Positions 36,073-47,602 of a stretch of DNA of 64,000 bases are shown here, piece by piece. The notes under the pieces are model-generated. The model was not told where the DNA came from. It searched no databases and saw nothing but the letters and a program-made list of their open reading frames with translations. The DNA is from Podarcis filfolensis (Eukaryota): the NCBI GenBank assembly GCA_964270895.1, contig OZ185447.1. One strand, 5' to 3'. The translations under genes and the position numbers were made by a program. How positions within the stretch are numbered: the first letter of the stretch is position 1; each line of letters begins with the position of its first letter.

Positions 36073-36880
36073 CATCTGACTGCGTTGCCCCAGCCACTCT
36101 GGGCAGCTTCCAACATATACAAAAACATAATAAAACATTAAACTTTTTTTTTTAAAAAAAGCCCTCCTCTATACAGGATTGCCATCAGACGGCTCAGGAG
36201 TCAGATAACTCCATACCCTCCAACATTTCTCTGATGAAAATAGGGACGTCCTAAGGAAAAGCGAGGCATTCCGGGATCAAATCAGAAAAGGGGGCGGCTT
36301 CTATCAATCCAGGACTGTCCTTGGAAAATAGGGTCTGTGTATGCCATCCCAGGCTCCTTGGGGGAAAAGATGGGGTACCAATGTGAAAAGCAAAAAGAAC
36401 CACATTCACACCATACATTGAAAGCACTATGTGCCACTGTAAACAGTCATGGCTTCTCCCCCAAAATTCTGGGAGCTGGAGTTTGTTAAGGGCGCTGAGA
36501 GTTGCTAGGAGAACTCTATTGCCTTCACGGAGTTACAAATCTCAGAGTTCTCTGAGAAGAGGGCTTAATAGTAAAAGCCACTAGACAGTCTCCTCTGTTG
36601 TAGGAGGAGTGGGGTGATTCGCAGGCCCCCCTGCCTCTTGCATGGAAGGGGGAGCTGTCTAACCTTCTGCCAGCAGGGCTCTTCCCTGACAAATGACATA
36701 GACCCCCCCTCCCAGCCCATCCTAGTTCCTGACAGTAATTTGGTTATACTGGATGAACAGCTTCAATAAAGTGTCCTTTCAATAGAGTTATTAAACGACT
36801 ATCCAGTGCGAGATAAAGCAATCCGTTCCCTCGCCCCCAGCATTGCCAGGACCTCCATCAAGCTCTTGGAAAGGTCTTCT

Positions 36881-37013
36881 CAATTACTCCACGGCGAGCG
36901 GAAGAGTGTGCGAGAGAAATGGCCCCAATTGAGACAGGCCCCGCAGGCTGATCCTGATGGTATCAGCCCAAAGTACTCGGGACTAATTGCATTCGGTCAG
37001 CCTGGGCTATAAA
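36881..37013 (+). promoter_or_regulatory. PNMT proximal promoter with TATA box
   Basis: TATAAA at 37008-37013, 57 bp before the ATG; homeodomain-type cores CAATTA 36881, CAATTG 36926, TAATTG 36984. Confidence 0.65.
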
Positions 37014-37069
37014 GCCACTCACCCAGAGCCGGTTGCGTGAGCCGGACACAGCCAAGCATTTCCCCAGCC

Positions 37070-37229
37070 ATGAGCGCCAATGGTATCGCGGCTGTGGCCG
37101 AAAGCTACCAGAAGTTCAACCCTCGGGCCTACCTGCAAAACAACTACATGCCACCCCGTGCCAACTTCACGAGCGAAGAGTTTGCAGTGCCCTGGAAACT
37201 TCGCTGCCTGGCAGATGCCTTTGCCACGG
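37070..37229 (+). CDS. PNMT: Phenylethanolamine N-methyltransferase exon 1
   Basis: MSANGIAAVAESYQKFNPRAYLQNNYMPPRANFTSEEFAVPWKLRCLADAFAT(G)|gtaggt; 160 nt. Confidence 0.95.
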
Positions 37230-38899
37230 GTAGGTAGACCTGTAATTGTTTTCCTTAGCAAACCTGGGTTTCAAAGGTGATCTCCCTTTGTCTCGTTTGA
37301 AAATCTTCTGCCTTGCCTCTTGACAGGGCCGGCCCACCCATGAGGCAAGGTGAGACGCCCGCCTCAAGCGGCAGGATTCACAGGGGGAGCAGATCCCAAC
37401 GCAAACCTTTATTCTTCCCTTGTTCCTGATGTAGATCTTCATTCCCCTCCTTCTTCCCTGGCTGGGAGGCAGGCACCATTTAGTGGTTCGGCCTCAGGTG
37501 CCAATATGTCTTGGGCAGGCCATGCCTCTGGGTCATTTTTACCTTTTCCTTGACAACGTCACCATCCATCAGAAGTAAGCTTCCCAAATGCGGAGCTGTC
37601 TAAATTTGAAAAAAGTGCATTGCAAAAAAAAAAAGAGAGCTCCTTTGTAAACTTGGAGGGTGGGGAGTAAAATGCTTTGCAAAACCTGAACTATGACCTT
37701 CCAGGACCTCAGCGTCTTTCTAACATTAATTAATTAATTAATTAATTAACATTAAATAGTTAGCTGAACCCAGGCAACTGACTTAGATTGGGTGAGATTT
37801 TGGCCTTGTAAGAAGCTCCATTAATGTGTGGCCCCAAAATTTTGCTTTCCCCTGAAACCAATGCCAAAGTTTAGTGCTAGTTTAGTGCCATTTTGAGTTC
37901 CAGCATCCTTAGGATTCTTTAAATGCTCTTTAGATGGTGTGCATGCAGCCCAAGTCACTCATTTTTTTAACCATCACCAGAGGCTATCAACCGCAGAAGT
38001 GATCGCAGGTGTAAGTCTTTGCTCCATTAGCTTGCTTAGCATAGGACTAGACAGGCCAGCTTTCTGGTCTGGCGTTTTATTTTCATATTGATAGTGATTA
38101 CAATTTCTCCCTTAAAAAAAAATACTTCTCTTAAATCAATTTCTTAATTGGATTTCTGAGCTGTGCCTGTTTCTAGAGCCCTGAAACTCTGCACCAAATA
38201 CTGAGGATTGTAGCCAATGCTAGTCTTAGTCAGAGTTAAGGGACATGACTAATCCAGGTTCATGAATTTGAGCAGCTCTTCTCCAAGTAGATCTTCGTTG
38301 AATACAATCCTGAAACTCTGGCAATCTTACAGACTGATATATTAGTTGCAATCTGCTAGTCCGTACGGTTTGTAAATCATAACCTCTTTACCTTTTCATC
38401 TGCTGGCAAATAAACGAAACAGGAGTCAAGAAGCAGGAGGTAAACTGAGCTGCCGGGGTGGGGTCTGCCTATAAGATCTTTGCTCTGCGCTGCTTGGCGC
38501 TTAAGTTTAGGAAAGGTGGCGACTTGCAAATTAACTGAGTTCTCTTGCAAAGTTTGCAGAGCAGCTGAGCCATCTCACAAAGCAGGCTGCTTTGATAGAC
38601 TGTGGTAGATTCCTGCTGTGATCTACTGTGGTAGGTTCCTGCCATGGGACTTTGCAAGAGCTCCATTAACATGTGGCCCTGAAATTTCAGGTCCCCCCTC
38701 CAAATAAAACCCACAACTGATGCCAAAGTTAAGTGCTAATTGGACACAGTTGGATGATTGGGGGCGGGCATTAACTAGTGGCTCCAATTTGCTGTGTCAA
38801 TTACTTAGTTTGGGGGGTGGCACAAAAAGTGTACTTCTGTGAGTAGAGTTCCCAGGAGCCTTTTGGCGGAAAGGTGTGTGTGTGTGTGTGTGTTCTTAA

Positions 38900-39279
38900 A
38901 TGAATGTACACAGCCAAAGTAGGAAACCACACTGCCACATTTTATCCAGCTTAGAAGGTTCTTTTTATCATATGTGGTGGCCTTGTAGTAAGGTTAAAGC
39001 TTACTGGGAAATGATACATAATATAATGAAAATGATGTTTAAAATAACCTTTGTAAAAACAAAAAACAAAACCAGAAACTTTTCTTTTAGGAATTGTAGG
39101 GACAGAACTACCTAAAATGTATTGAAACTTAATTCAAGTATGCTACTACAGCGGCAAGTATGTTACTTGCCCCAAAATGGAAAAAAGCAGAAGTCCCAGT
39201 AAAGGAAGAATGGATGCAAAAACTTGTGGAATATGCAGAAACGGGGAAACTTACCGGAAGAATACGAAATCAAGATGAC

Positions 39280-39325
<46 letters not shown>

Positions 39326-39560
39326 TGGAAATGGTTTATTGACTATTTACAGATAAATTATAAACGGATAAAAACATGGGCAGGATTATTGTAATAACCT
39401 GCAGTTTTATAAGAGTATATATTTAAAGAAGATGAATAAATGAGCAAATTAAGTTAATTTGGATATGCAGAAGATATTAAAAACTAATTTAAGGAACTGC
39501 AGACAGAGGGGGAAGGAAGCCAAGTTTTGAAATATCAAAATGAATGTAAAATTAGTGAAA
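38900..39560 (+). mobile_element. L1-like LINE 3' end with an (AT)n expansion at 39282-39322
   Basis: EEWMQKLVEYAETGKLTGRIRNQDD; related pieces at about 41330-41760 (+) and 44890-45420 (-). Confidence 0.7.
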
Positions 39561-39569
39561 TGTATAAAC

Positions 39570-39619
<50 letters not shown>
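39570..39619 (+). repeat. (AGAA)n microsatellite
   Basis: Direct reading. Confidence 0.95.
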
Positions 39620-39620
<1 letters not shown>

Positions 39621-40522
39621 CATTTTATCTAGCTTAATCAGTGAGATCATGAGTGTGAGAAGGGCAATTGACCAATGAGAGGGGAGGATCCTTATGGGTA
39701 GGGGGATCCTGGAGGCGACTGAGTCACTTCTACAAGGTGTGAAGGAGGACCCAGATGCCTAGGCTTCTCTTGCCAGACAGCGTGTTGCGATGTGGAGTGA
39801 AAGGGATGCTAGTTTGGTAGGTGGCTTGCGAGACATCACAATATGGAACCGCTCTTCCGGCTATGTGGAAGACTTAAAATGCAATTCGTGTGCAGATTCT
39901 TACAACTCGGCTGGCTTGGAAAGATCCAGAAAACAGGACCATCTTTCAAGCTGCGCCTCATTCCTCCAGGCCTTGATTGGCTGGGAGCTTCTATCTGACT
40001 TTCCCTTGGGCATTTTGCCAATCAGCGATAAGGTGACCAAATGCAATAGAATACAAGCCTCTTGTGCCTGTGATATTTTATTAGAAGCGGCAATTTTGGC
40101 AGGTGCTGTTTTTCCTGTATCTCCTCAACTACTGTATCACAAGTACTGGATCCTGCTTGCCTCTCAATATAATTTCGGTGGGAAATCTTCCAGTGAGCTG
40201 CGCCTCCATGGGATCAAATCTTTTGGGGTCGGGGAGTGGGAGAAGGGGAGCATTTGCAGCAGGCATCTCCATTACATTTCCCCACACAAACAGAAAAGGG
40301 AACCGAGTAGCCTGGATTCTAGGTTTCTCCTCAAGATACGACTTTAGCCATTTGACTTCCACCCTTCACCTTATGAGAAGGTCATTTCTGGACAGAAAAT
40401 TAGGGGCCAGGGTATTGAATCCTCTTTTATGATTGTATTTGGGAAAGACTTGCACTCCCCCTCCACCCTCATTATGAATACAGATTTATTTATTTTCTAA
40501 GAGGTTTCCAGTATTTTATGTA

Positions 40523-40781
40523 CCGTATTTTTTGCTCTATAAGACTCACTTTTTCCCTCCTAAAAAGTAAGGGGAAATGTGTGTGCGTCTTATGGAGCGA
40601 ATGCAGGCTGCGCAGCTATCCCAGAAGCCAGAACAGCAAGAGGGATTGCTGCTTTCACTGTGCAGTGATCCCTCTTGCTGTTCTGGCTTCTGAAATTCAG
40701 AATATTTTTTTTCTTGTTTTCCTCCTCCAAAAACTAGGTGCGTCTTGTGGTCTGGTGCGTCTTATAGAGCGAAAAATACAG
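40523..40781. mobile_element. Tc1/mariner-type MITE (CCGTATTTT TIR)
   Basis: TA|CCGTATTTTTTGCTCTATAAGAC...GTCTTATAGAGCGAAAAATACAG|TA; sister copy at 60516-60684. Confidence 0.88.
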
Positions 40782-40838
40782 TAATTGTTTATCGCCAGAT
40801 ATGATTGCACCTTAGTTCTTTATTCTCACTCCTTGCAG

Positions 40839-41049
40839 GGGAAATCTGCGGCCGCACCCTTATTGATATTGGCACAGGCCCCACCATTTATCAGCTCCTC
40901 AGTGCTTGCGACTACTTTGAGGAGATAGTGGCCACAGACTACCTGGAAGTAAATCGGGCTGAGATACAGAACTGGGTGCTCGGTGAAGACTCCAGCTGCT
41001 TTGACTGGTCCCCTTACATCCAGTATACCTGTAAGATTGAAGGCAATGG
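40839..41049 (+). CDS. PNMT: PNMT exon 2
   Basis: cag|GG...GG|gtaaga; 211 nt; SAM-binding motif LIDIGTGPTIYQLLSAC. Confidence 0.96.
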
Positions 41050-41149
41050 GTAAGAAATAAATGCTGGAGAGAGAGGCATGGGTTCCCAAGGAATAAGCCT
41101 GGGGATGCAATCATGGTTACCTGTGATCTACCATGCCTTACCTGGCTGC

Positions 41150-41303
41150 TGGCGCTGTGGTCTAAACCACTGAGCCAATTGGGCTTGCCGATCAGAAGGT
41201 CGGCGGTTCAAATCCCTGCGACGGGGTGAGCTCCCGTTGCTCAGTCCCAGCTCCTGCCAACCTAGCAGTTCGAAAGCATGAAGTGCAAGTAGATATAGAG
41301 GTA
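41150..41303 (+). mobile_element. Partial Sauria SINE (head)
   Basis: TGGCGCTGTGGTCTAAACC...GGTTCAAATCC. Confidence 0.85.
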
Positions 41304-41884
41304 CTGGCTGTGCAGTGCAGGTGACAAAGAGCTTAGCAGAGGGATGGGAAACCTATGGCCATCTAAGTATACCCATTACAAAGCACCTTTTTTATAATAT
41401 ACTGAGGTAAAACACCTACAATATATGATTACTGCGGCAAGACTGCTATACGCACAAAGACTGCTATACGCACAAAGAAAAGCACAGCCTTACCCACTAT
41501 AGAAGAATGGCTGATAAAATTATTGGACTTGGCTGAGACGGCTAACATGTTTAATTAGAGAGAAATCATTACCAACATTTGTTGAGGATTGGAAATTTCT
41601 TATGGACTTTTTGTGTGAAAGAGAAAATGACCTTGTAATATCTGGATTTGAAGATTGAAAAAATGCTGGTTTATAGAGGATAGAATGGTTGGATCTTAAA
41701 GAATAAATATCATATGTAGCTGCAGAGAGCTGGAAGTCCTTTTATTTTATCTTTCTTCAGTCCCCCCCCTTCTATTCCTTTTCTCTTTCTTTCTCCTTCT
41801 TTAGATTTCTCATATTTTCTTCCTTCTGACTTTGCTCCTTTTTAGATTCAGAAACAACTATCTGACTTTTAGAAGACATCTGGA

Positions 41885-42000
41885 GTTTTTAATGTGTGAT
41901 GTTTTACTGTGGTTTTATGATTTGTTTTGAAAGCCTCCCGGAGTGGCTGGGGCAACCTAGTCAGATGGGCAGCATATAAATAACAAATGATTATTTATTT
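41885..42000 (+). mobile_element. LINE-tail relic abutting the PNMT exon 3 acceptor
   Basis: GAGTGGCTGGGGCAACCTAGTCAGATGGG is close to the reverse complement of copies at 36073-36100 and about 46020-46050. Confidence 0.75.
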
Positions 42001-42002
42001 AG

Positions 42003-42432
42003 GGAACCGTGGAAGGAAAAAGAGCAAAAGCTGAAGAAGAAACTCAGAAGGATCCTTCCCATCGATGTCCACCAGGCCAAACCTCTAGGTTCCTCTCTCA
42101 GCCAACCAGCCGATGCTTTGGTCTCTGCTTTCTGCCTGGAAGCTGTGAGCCCTGACCGACCGAGTTTCGACCGGGCCCTGCGGAACGTCACAACGCTTCT
42201 CAAGCCTGGTGGCCACTTCCTCATGATCGGGGCTTTGGACGAGTCCTTCTATCTGGCTGGAGAAGCCAAGCTGTCAGTCGTGCCCGTCAGCGAGGCAGAT
42301 GTCAAGGAATCCTTCGCCAAGAGCGGCTATCGCACCCGCAACTTCCGCTCCTACGTCATGCCGCCGAGCCTGAAGATTGGTGTGGATGACGTGCAAGGGA
42401 TCTTCTTCATCCATGCGCAGAAGACAGCCTGA
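42003..42432 (+). CDS. PNMT: PNMT exon 3
   Basis: EPWKEKEQKL...AFCLEAVS...GALDESFY...GVDDVQGIFFIHAQKTA*; equivalents of catalytic E185, E219 and D267 present; total 266 aa. Confidence 0.96.
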
Positions 42433-42990
42433 TCCTAGCTCGCCTAGCAGAAACACACACACAAGGCCCTTGCGCCCTAAAACCCAGCTTATTGCATGCT
42501 GCTCCTGTTCTTTTCTGTATTGCTGCTCCTGTGATGATAGCTGATCCTCTGTTCTGTGAGTGCAAATATGTGTGTGTTCACTTCCACACCATACATTTAA
42601 CATGTTTAAAGCATATGGCTTTCCCCCCGAACTGTAGTTTATCCCTCACAGACCTAGAGTTCCCAGCACCCTTAACAAACTACAGTTTGCTGAATTCTTT
42701 GGGAGGAAGCCAGATGCTTAAAATGTTCTCTTGCATTGTTCACACAGATCAAAATGTCAGCCTGTTGTTTTTCCCCCCTCACCTTTAATCCAGATTTCCT
42801 ATTTCTGTGGAAAATCTAGTGCTGAAATCTAAACAAAAATCCTGTTGCTGACAGCCCTTTCGTGACATCTGAATGACCCGTTTGCAATATCAAGTGTCCC
42901 CCCCCCCCATTTATTGCAAAGCGCTTGACGTTTCTTGTAAACTACTTAGAGGTTTTACCAGGATTAAGTGGTATATAAATTTTGTTATGA

Positions 42991-42996
42991 AATAAA
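42991..42996 (+). terminator. Candidate PNMT polyadenylation signal
   Basis: First AATAAA seen after the stop codon, about 560 nt downstream. Confidence 0.5.
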
Positions 42997-45900
42997 TCTG
43001 GAGGTACGTTTCCTTGGTACACGTTCCTTAGGACATGAAGCAGGATGGAGGTTTCCCAAATGTTGACCTTTTTTACTTTCCATATTGACTCTTCTGCCAA
43101 GGTATCCTAGCACGTTGCAGAAGATTCTGAGGCATGGCCTGTGGTAGGCTCCCGTCTTCCTGTGTGAGGCACTGACCAAGCCTCTTGGGCTTCAGAAAGT
43201 GCAACCCAGAACAGAGCCGCCAGTCCCCTGTATTCCCTGCTCATTACAGGAGAAAAGTAGTATGGTACAGGCAAAACCTATATTTCAGGTAAGCTTTGCG
43301 GCCATTATTATTCCCTTTCCTGCCAATGTTCAGGCAGGAGGTCTTTTTGCTTGTGTGGGTAAAAAGTACCACTCATACACAAGAGGGAGGTACCAGAAGG
43401 CTTGAGGGAACCTTAAGTATTGGGTAGAAGCACAAAAGTAAATAAATCCCTGCACATATTTGTCAGGGACAAGGGTTGTAGTCAGGAAATCCTAACATGT
43501 TGGTTTTCCGGGTGCAATGTTTTGTAATGGAGCAGTATTTTGTAATATGAGCCCTCCGCTCGCCCAGTACAACCCAGACACTGGTTTATTACCATACCTG
43601 TTTGTGACACAAAGGCAGAAATCTAAGAGGGAAATCTCCTCTTGCTGAGGAGAACATGTCGCTAGAGTCTGAATTAGGCGTGGCAGTCCAGAGATTTAAA
43701 AAAACAACAACGGAGGCATCCGAGGACAAAATTAAGTGCTTCACCAGACGTGTTTCGGTTTCTTATTTAAATAGCAGCTGCTGGTGGGCGGATATCAGAT
43801 TGGGATGTTGTTGTTTCAAAAACCCTTCCCTCTGTGGCACAGTCCAGGTTAAGGGGATGTTCACAATACCACATACCAGTGCGCTCCCACTGCTAGGTTT
43901 TTAGCTTTCACACAACGCTAGCCACATTCGAGATCAAGCCAGTGGTTTTCCTCAGAAACACTGCTGTCTGATGCATCCCCCCCACCAATCCAATTAGAAA
44001 ACAGAATGCGGAATAAGCGATAATATGAACATTTGAGGCAGCTGTCACACATGTGCAGATGAGTGCAAATGCTCCATGAATGTTCCAGGGGAAAGTGACA
44101 GGGCCAGGAAACCAAAAAGGTTCTGTGCCTCAGGCAAAGGCACCCGCTTCCAATGGAGGCCAGACATTTTTTAAAATTCCAGCAGGCATGGTAATTGAAT
44201 TTTGACTTCATAGTCTTAACTCGTTTTTACTCATTGCACTGTATCCTTGAGATGGCTGTAGCTAAGCGGCATATAAATTGTTTAAACAAACACAATTAAT
44301 AAAATGCATCCTTAACAACAACAAAAATATTCCGTTTGCAAAGTGTATCTCTGCTCGCCAAGAACATGGGCGAGCTTTCGGGCACAGAGGTAGAAACATA
44401 GGAGGGAGCCTCCTATGAAGTCCAGACTTATGCATCTCAATATCAAGTCCATTTAGCCCAGGATAATATGTCCAGACTGGCAAAAGGAGTCACCATAGGG
44501 GCTTCCAATTCTTAGGGGCCGAGGTCCCTTTGGCTCCCGCTCAATAAAATATTTGAGGGGGTCAGCCCCCCCTTCCCAAAGTTGATGGACATTGACATTC
44601 AAATGGTGTGCATGTGCTGCATCATGTGATCAATTATGTGGGGTGGGGCTTACCTGGGCACCCCCAATATTTTATTCAATTTGGCACCCCTGCAAATCAC
44701 CAGCCATCATGGACTGCTAACCCTAGGCAGTAATGATTCTGTAGACCAGTGGCTGGAAACTGGGGAGAGGTCTTCTGTTCATGTCCCGCTTGCTGGTTTC
44801 CCTCAGGTACCTGGTTGGCCCCTGTGAGAATAGGGTGCTAGGCTGGACGGGCCTTTGGCCTGCTCCACGAGGGCTCTTGTTATTTCCTTTATTCCCTCAT
44901 AAATTTTAATTCATTTTCCACACAATTTAACAAATTCAATTCAGTTTCCACACAATGTTCCCTTAGCATTTTGACTTCCCACCCTTACCCCCATGATATT
45001 TCTGTTCAAATCCTTTTATCTACTGCCTTAAATATAATAAATTATTTCTATAGCGTATGTCCCACGTTACATTCTTTTATCATTCCCACTCCTTGGCTTA
45101 TATTTTCCAGTCCTGCCTGCAATTTCATTGAACTATAATGTTTTCTCAGGTAATAATATAATAATGGTCTCCGCTCTTCCGCAAACATTTCGTCTTTTGG
45201 GCCTCTTGTTTTTTGCCACCAGTTTCACCATCTCCATATAGTCCAATAGTTTTAAAATCCACTCCTCTTTTGTTGGAACTTCTTATTCTTTCCATTTCTG
45301 CGCGTACAGAATTCTGGTTGCGGTGGTAACATACATAACCAATTTAACCCACTTTTGCGGGGGACTTCTGCCCCTATTTTCACCCACCCCCCAAAAAAAT
45401 GCTTTTTGGGGAAATGACAATTTGTCTCTTTCTATTTCCTGGCAACAGCATGTGCTCTGTCCTGCCACTGAGCTACAGGCCCTCCACCCAGGATCCACTA
45501 GCATGGGCACTTTTCCTAATGGGAGGGTGCAAAGCAGCCCTTGAATGCTCTCTGGCCTTCAGCAGAAGCGCAGAGGTGGCCTTTGATGACGAGCTCCAGC
45601 AGGTCACCTTCACCCACCCGTTTCCGAGCTCCCTGCCAAAAGGACGGGCAGAATGTACAGTTCTTTGAAAGCGGCCTGGGCTTTCAAAGGGGAAGATGTG
45701 CCCTTTTCATGGCAGCAGGAGGATTATTATTAATCCAGCACACACATCTAGCCAGAAGGTAGATACTATATAAAAATCCAGCATGGCACAAATACAGCTG
45801 GTCAGCAGGCACCAGAGCCTGAAACAACTGGCACCTGGGTGGTGAAGAGGGCAGAAGGCAGGCTGCCCCCCCCCCTCCTGCTTTTAGTGACTTGCAGAAG

Positions 45901-46136
45901 ATCTGGCTTCCAACCTTGGCTTGGTTGATTCTTCTAGCTCAGCCAGCTTCCCTTGCCTAACAAGTGGTGCTCTCAAGTGGTGGCAATAAACAACAACAAC
46001 AACTTATTAATACCCTGACCATCTGGCTAGGTTTCCCCAGCCACTCTGGGCAGCTCCCAACAGAATATTAAAAACATGACAGTAAGAGGTGTTCGACACT
46101 GAACAGATTCCCACGAGAGGTGGTGAACTCCCCTTA

Positions 46137-46502
46137 AAGGTACAGGTAAAGGTACCCCTGACTGTTAGGTCCCGTCATGGACGACTCTGGGGTTGCGGCG
46201 CTCATCTTGCTCTATAGACCGAGGGAGCTGGTGTATGTCTGCAGACAGCTTCCTGGTCATGTGGCCAGCATGACTAAGCCGCTTCTGGCGAACCAGAGCA
46301 GCGCAAAGAAACACCGTTTACCTTCCCGCCGGAGTAGTACCTATTTATCTACTTGCACTTTGACGTGCTTTCAAACTGCTAGGTGGGCAGGAGCTGGGAC
46401 CGAACAACGGGAGCTCACCCCGTTGTGGGGATTCAAACCACCGACCTTCTGATCGGCAAGCCCTAGGTTCACTGCTTTAGACCACAGCGCCACCTGCGTC
46501 TC
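46137..46502 (-). mobile_element. Sauria SINE nested in a CR1 3' fragment
   Basis: 13-bp TSD TGAACTCCCCTTA at 46124-46136 and 46503-46515; CR1-like sequence on both sides. Confidence 0.93.
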
Positions 46503-47272
46503 TGAACTCCCCTTACTTTGCCGGTTTTTAAGCAGAGGTTGGATGGCCGCCTGTCATGTATGATCTAGTTGAGATTCCTGCATTGCAGAGGGTTGGACTA
46601 GATGACCCTTGGGGACCACTCTAAAGTTTCTGACCACTCTGAGATTCTTTTAAATGTACCTTCCAAGGCACCAGCAAGCCACCACTGGCCTCCATTGCCA
46701 CCTGGTGGCTGATTAGAGTCATAGAACACCTGACATCAGCAAGCCACCTGGTCTTTTCCATTATTTCTTTGGTTCTCTCGTCTTGGGTCATTTTCTGAAG
46801 AACCCTTGGCAGTCTTGGCTCCCTCCTGTTGCACTGTCTCTGTCTCTCTTTTTCTGGCAGGAAATGCTTAAGTGTTCATGCACACCTTGCTGGAAGTGCT
46901 GCAACCCGACGCCTGGAGTGGTGCCAAGTTTGATGTCATTTCAGGGCTGCAGAGGTGTGTCATTGGGAACTTGCCCCCCCAACCCCAAAATCTCTGGGAA
47001 CGTTCGCAAAACCAGTTGGCTTTGTCAGAAATATTGAGGCAGCTTATCTGCAGCCCCACCTTAAAAGTGAATCTTCTGCAACGTCAAGTCTTTCCAAAAG
47101 ACAAAAAAGGAGATAGGCCCACACCAAATGAACAGAGGAGATCTCAAGGCTGAGATCTCTGCCCCAGAATTCGTAGGGGGCGAAATGGCCTCCAGGAATG
47201 GCTGTTAGCCACTGTAATCTAAGATGGAACCACAATGCATTTCAGAGATGCTGGGGACACAATTAGGCCTTA

Positions 47273-47512
47273 CAGTTGTACCTTGGTTGTCAAATGCCTT
47301 GGTACTCGGACATTTTGGCTCCCGAACGCTGCAAACCCAGAAGTAACTGTTCTGGTTTGCGAATGTTCTTTGGAACCCGAACATCTGACGGGGCTTCCAC
47401 AGCTTTTGATTGGCTGCAAGAGCTTCCTGCAGCCAATCAGAAGCTGTGCTTTGGTTTTGGAAGTTGAATAGACTTCCAGAACGGATTCCGTTCGACTTCC
47501 AAGGTACCACTG
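47273..47512. mobile_element. Tc1/mariner-type MITE
   Basis: TA|CAGTTGTACCTTGG...CCAAGGTACCACTG|TA. Confidence 0.85.
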
Positions 47513-47570
47513 TACTTGTAAGCATCCCAAGGTTAGTAGACTAGATGCAACTTTGGTGGACAAGTCTTCT

Positions 47571-47602
<32 letters not shown>

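Noticed and set aside
39790-40347. 185-aa ORF in PNMT intron 1
   Set aside because: No domain, no convincing splice sites, and its length is within chance for 64 kb.
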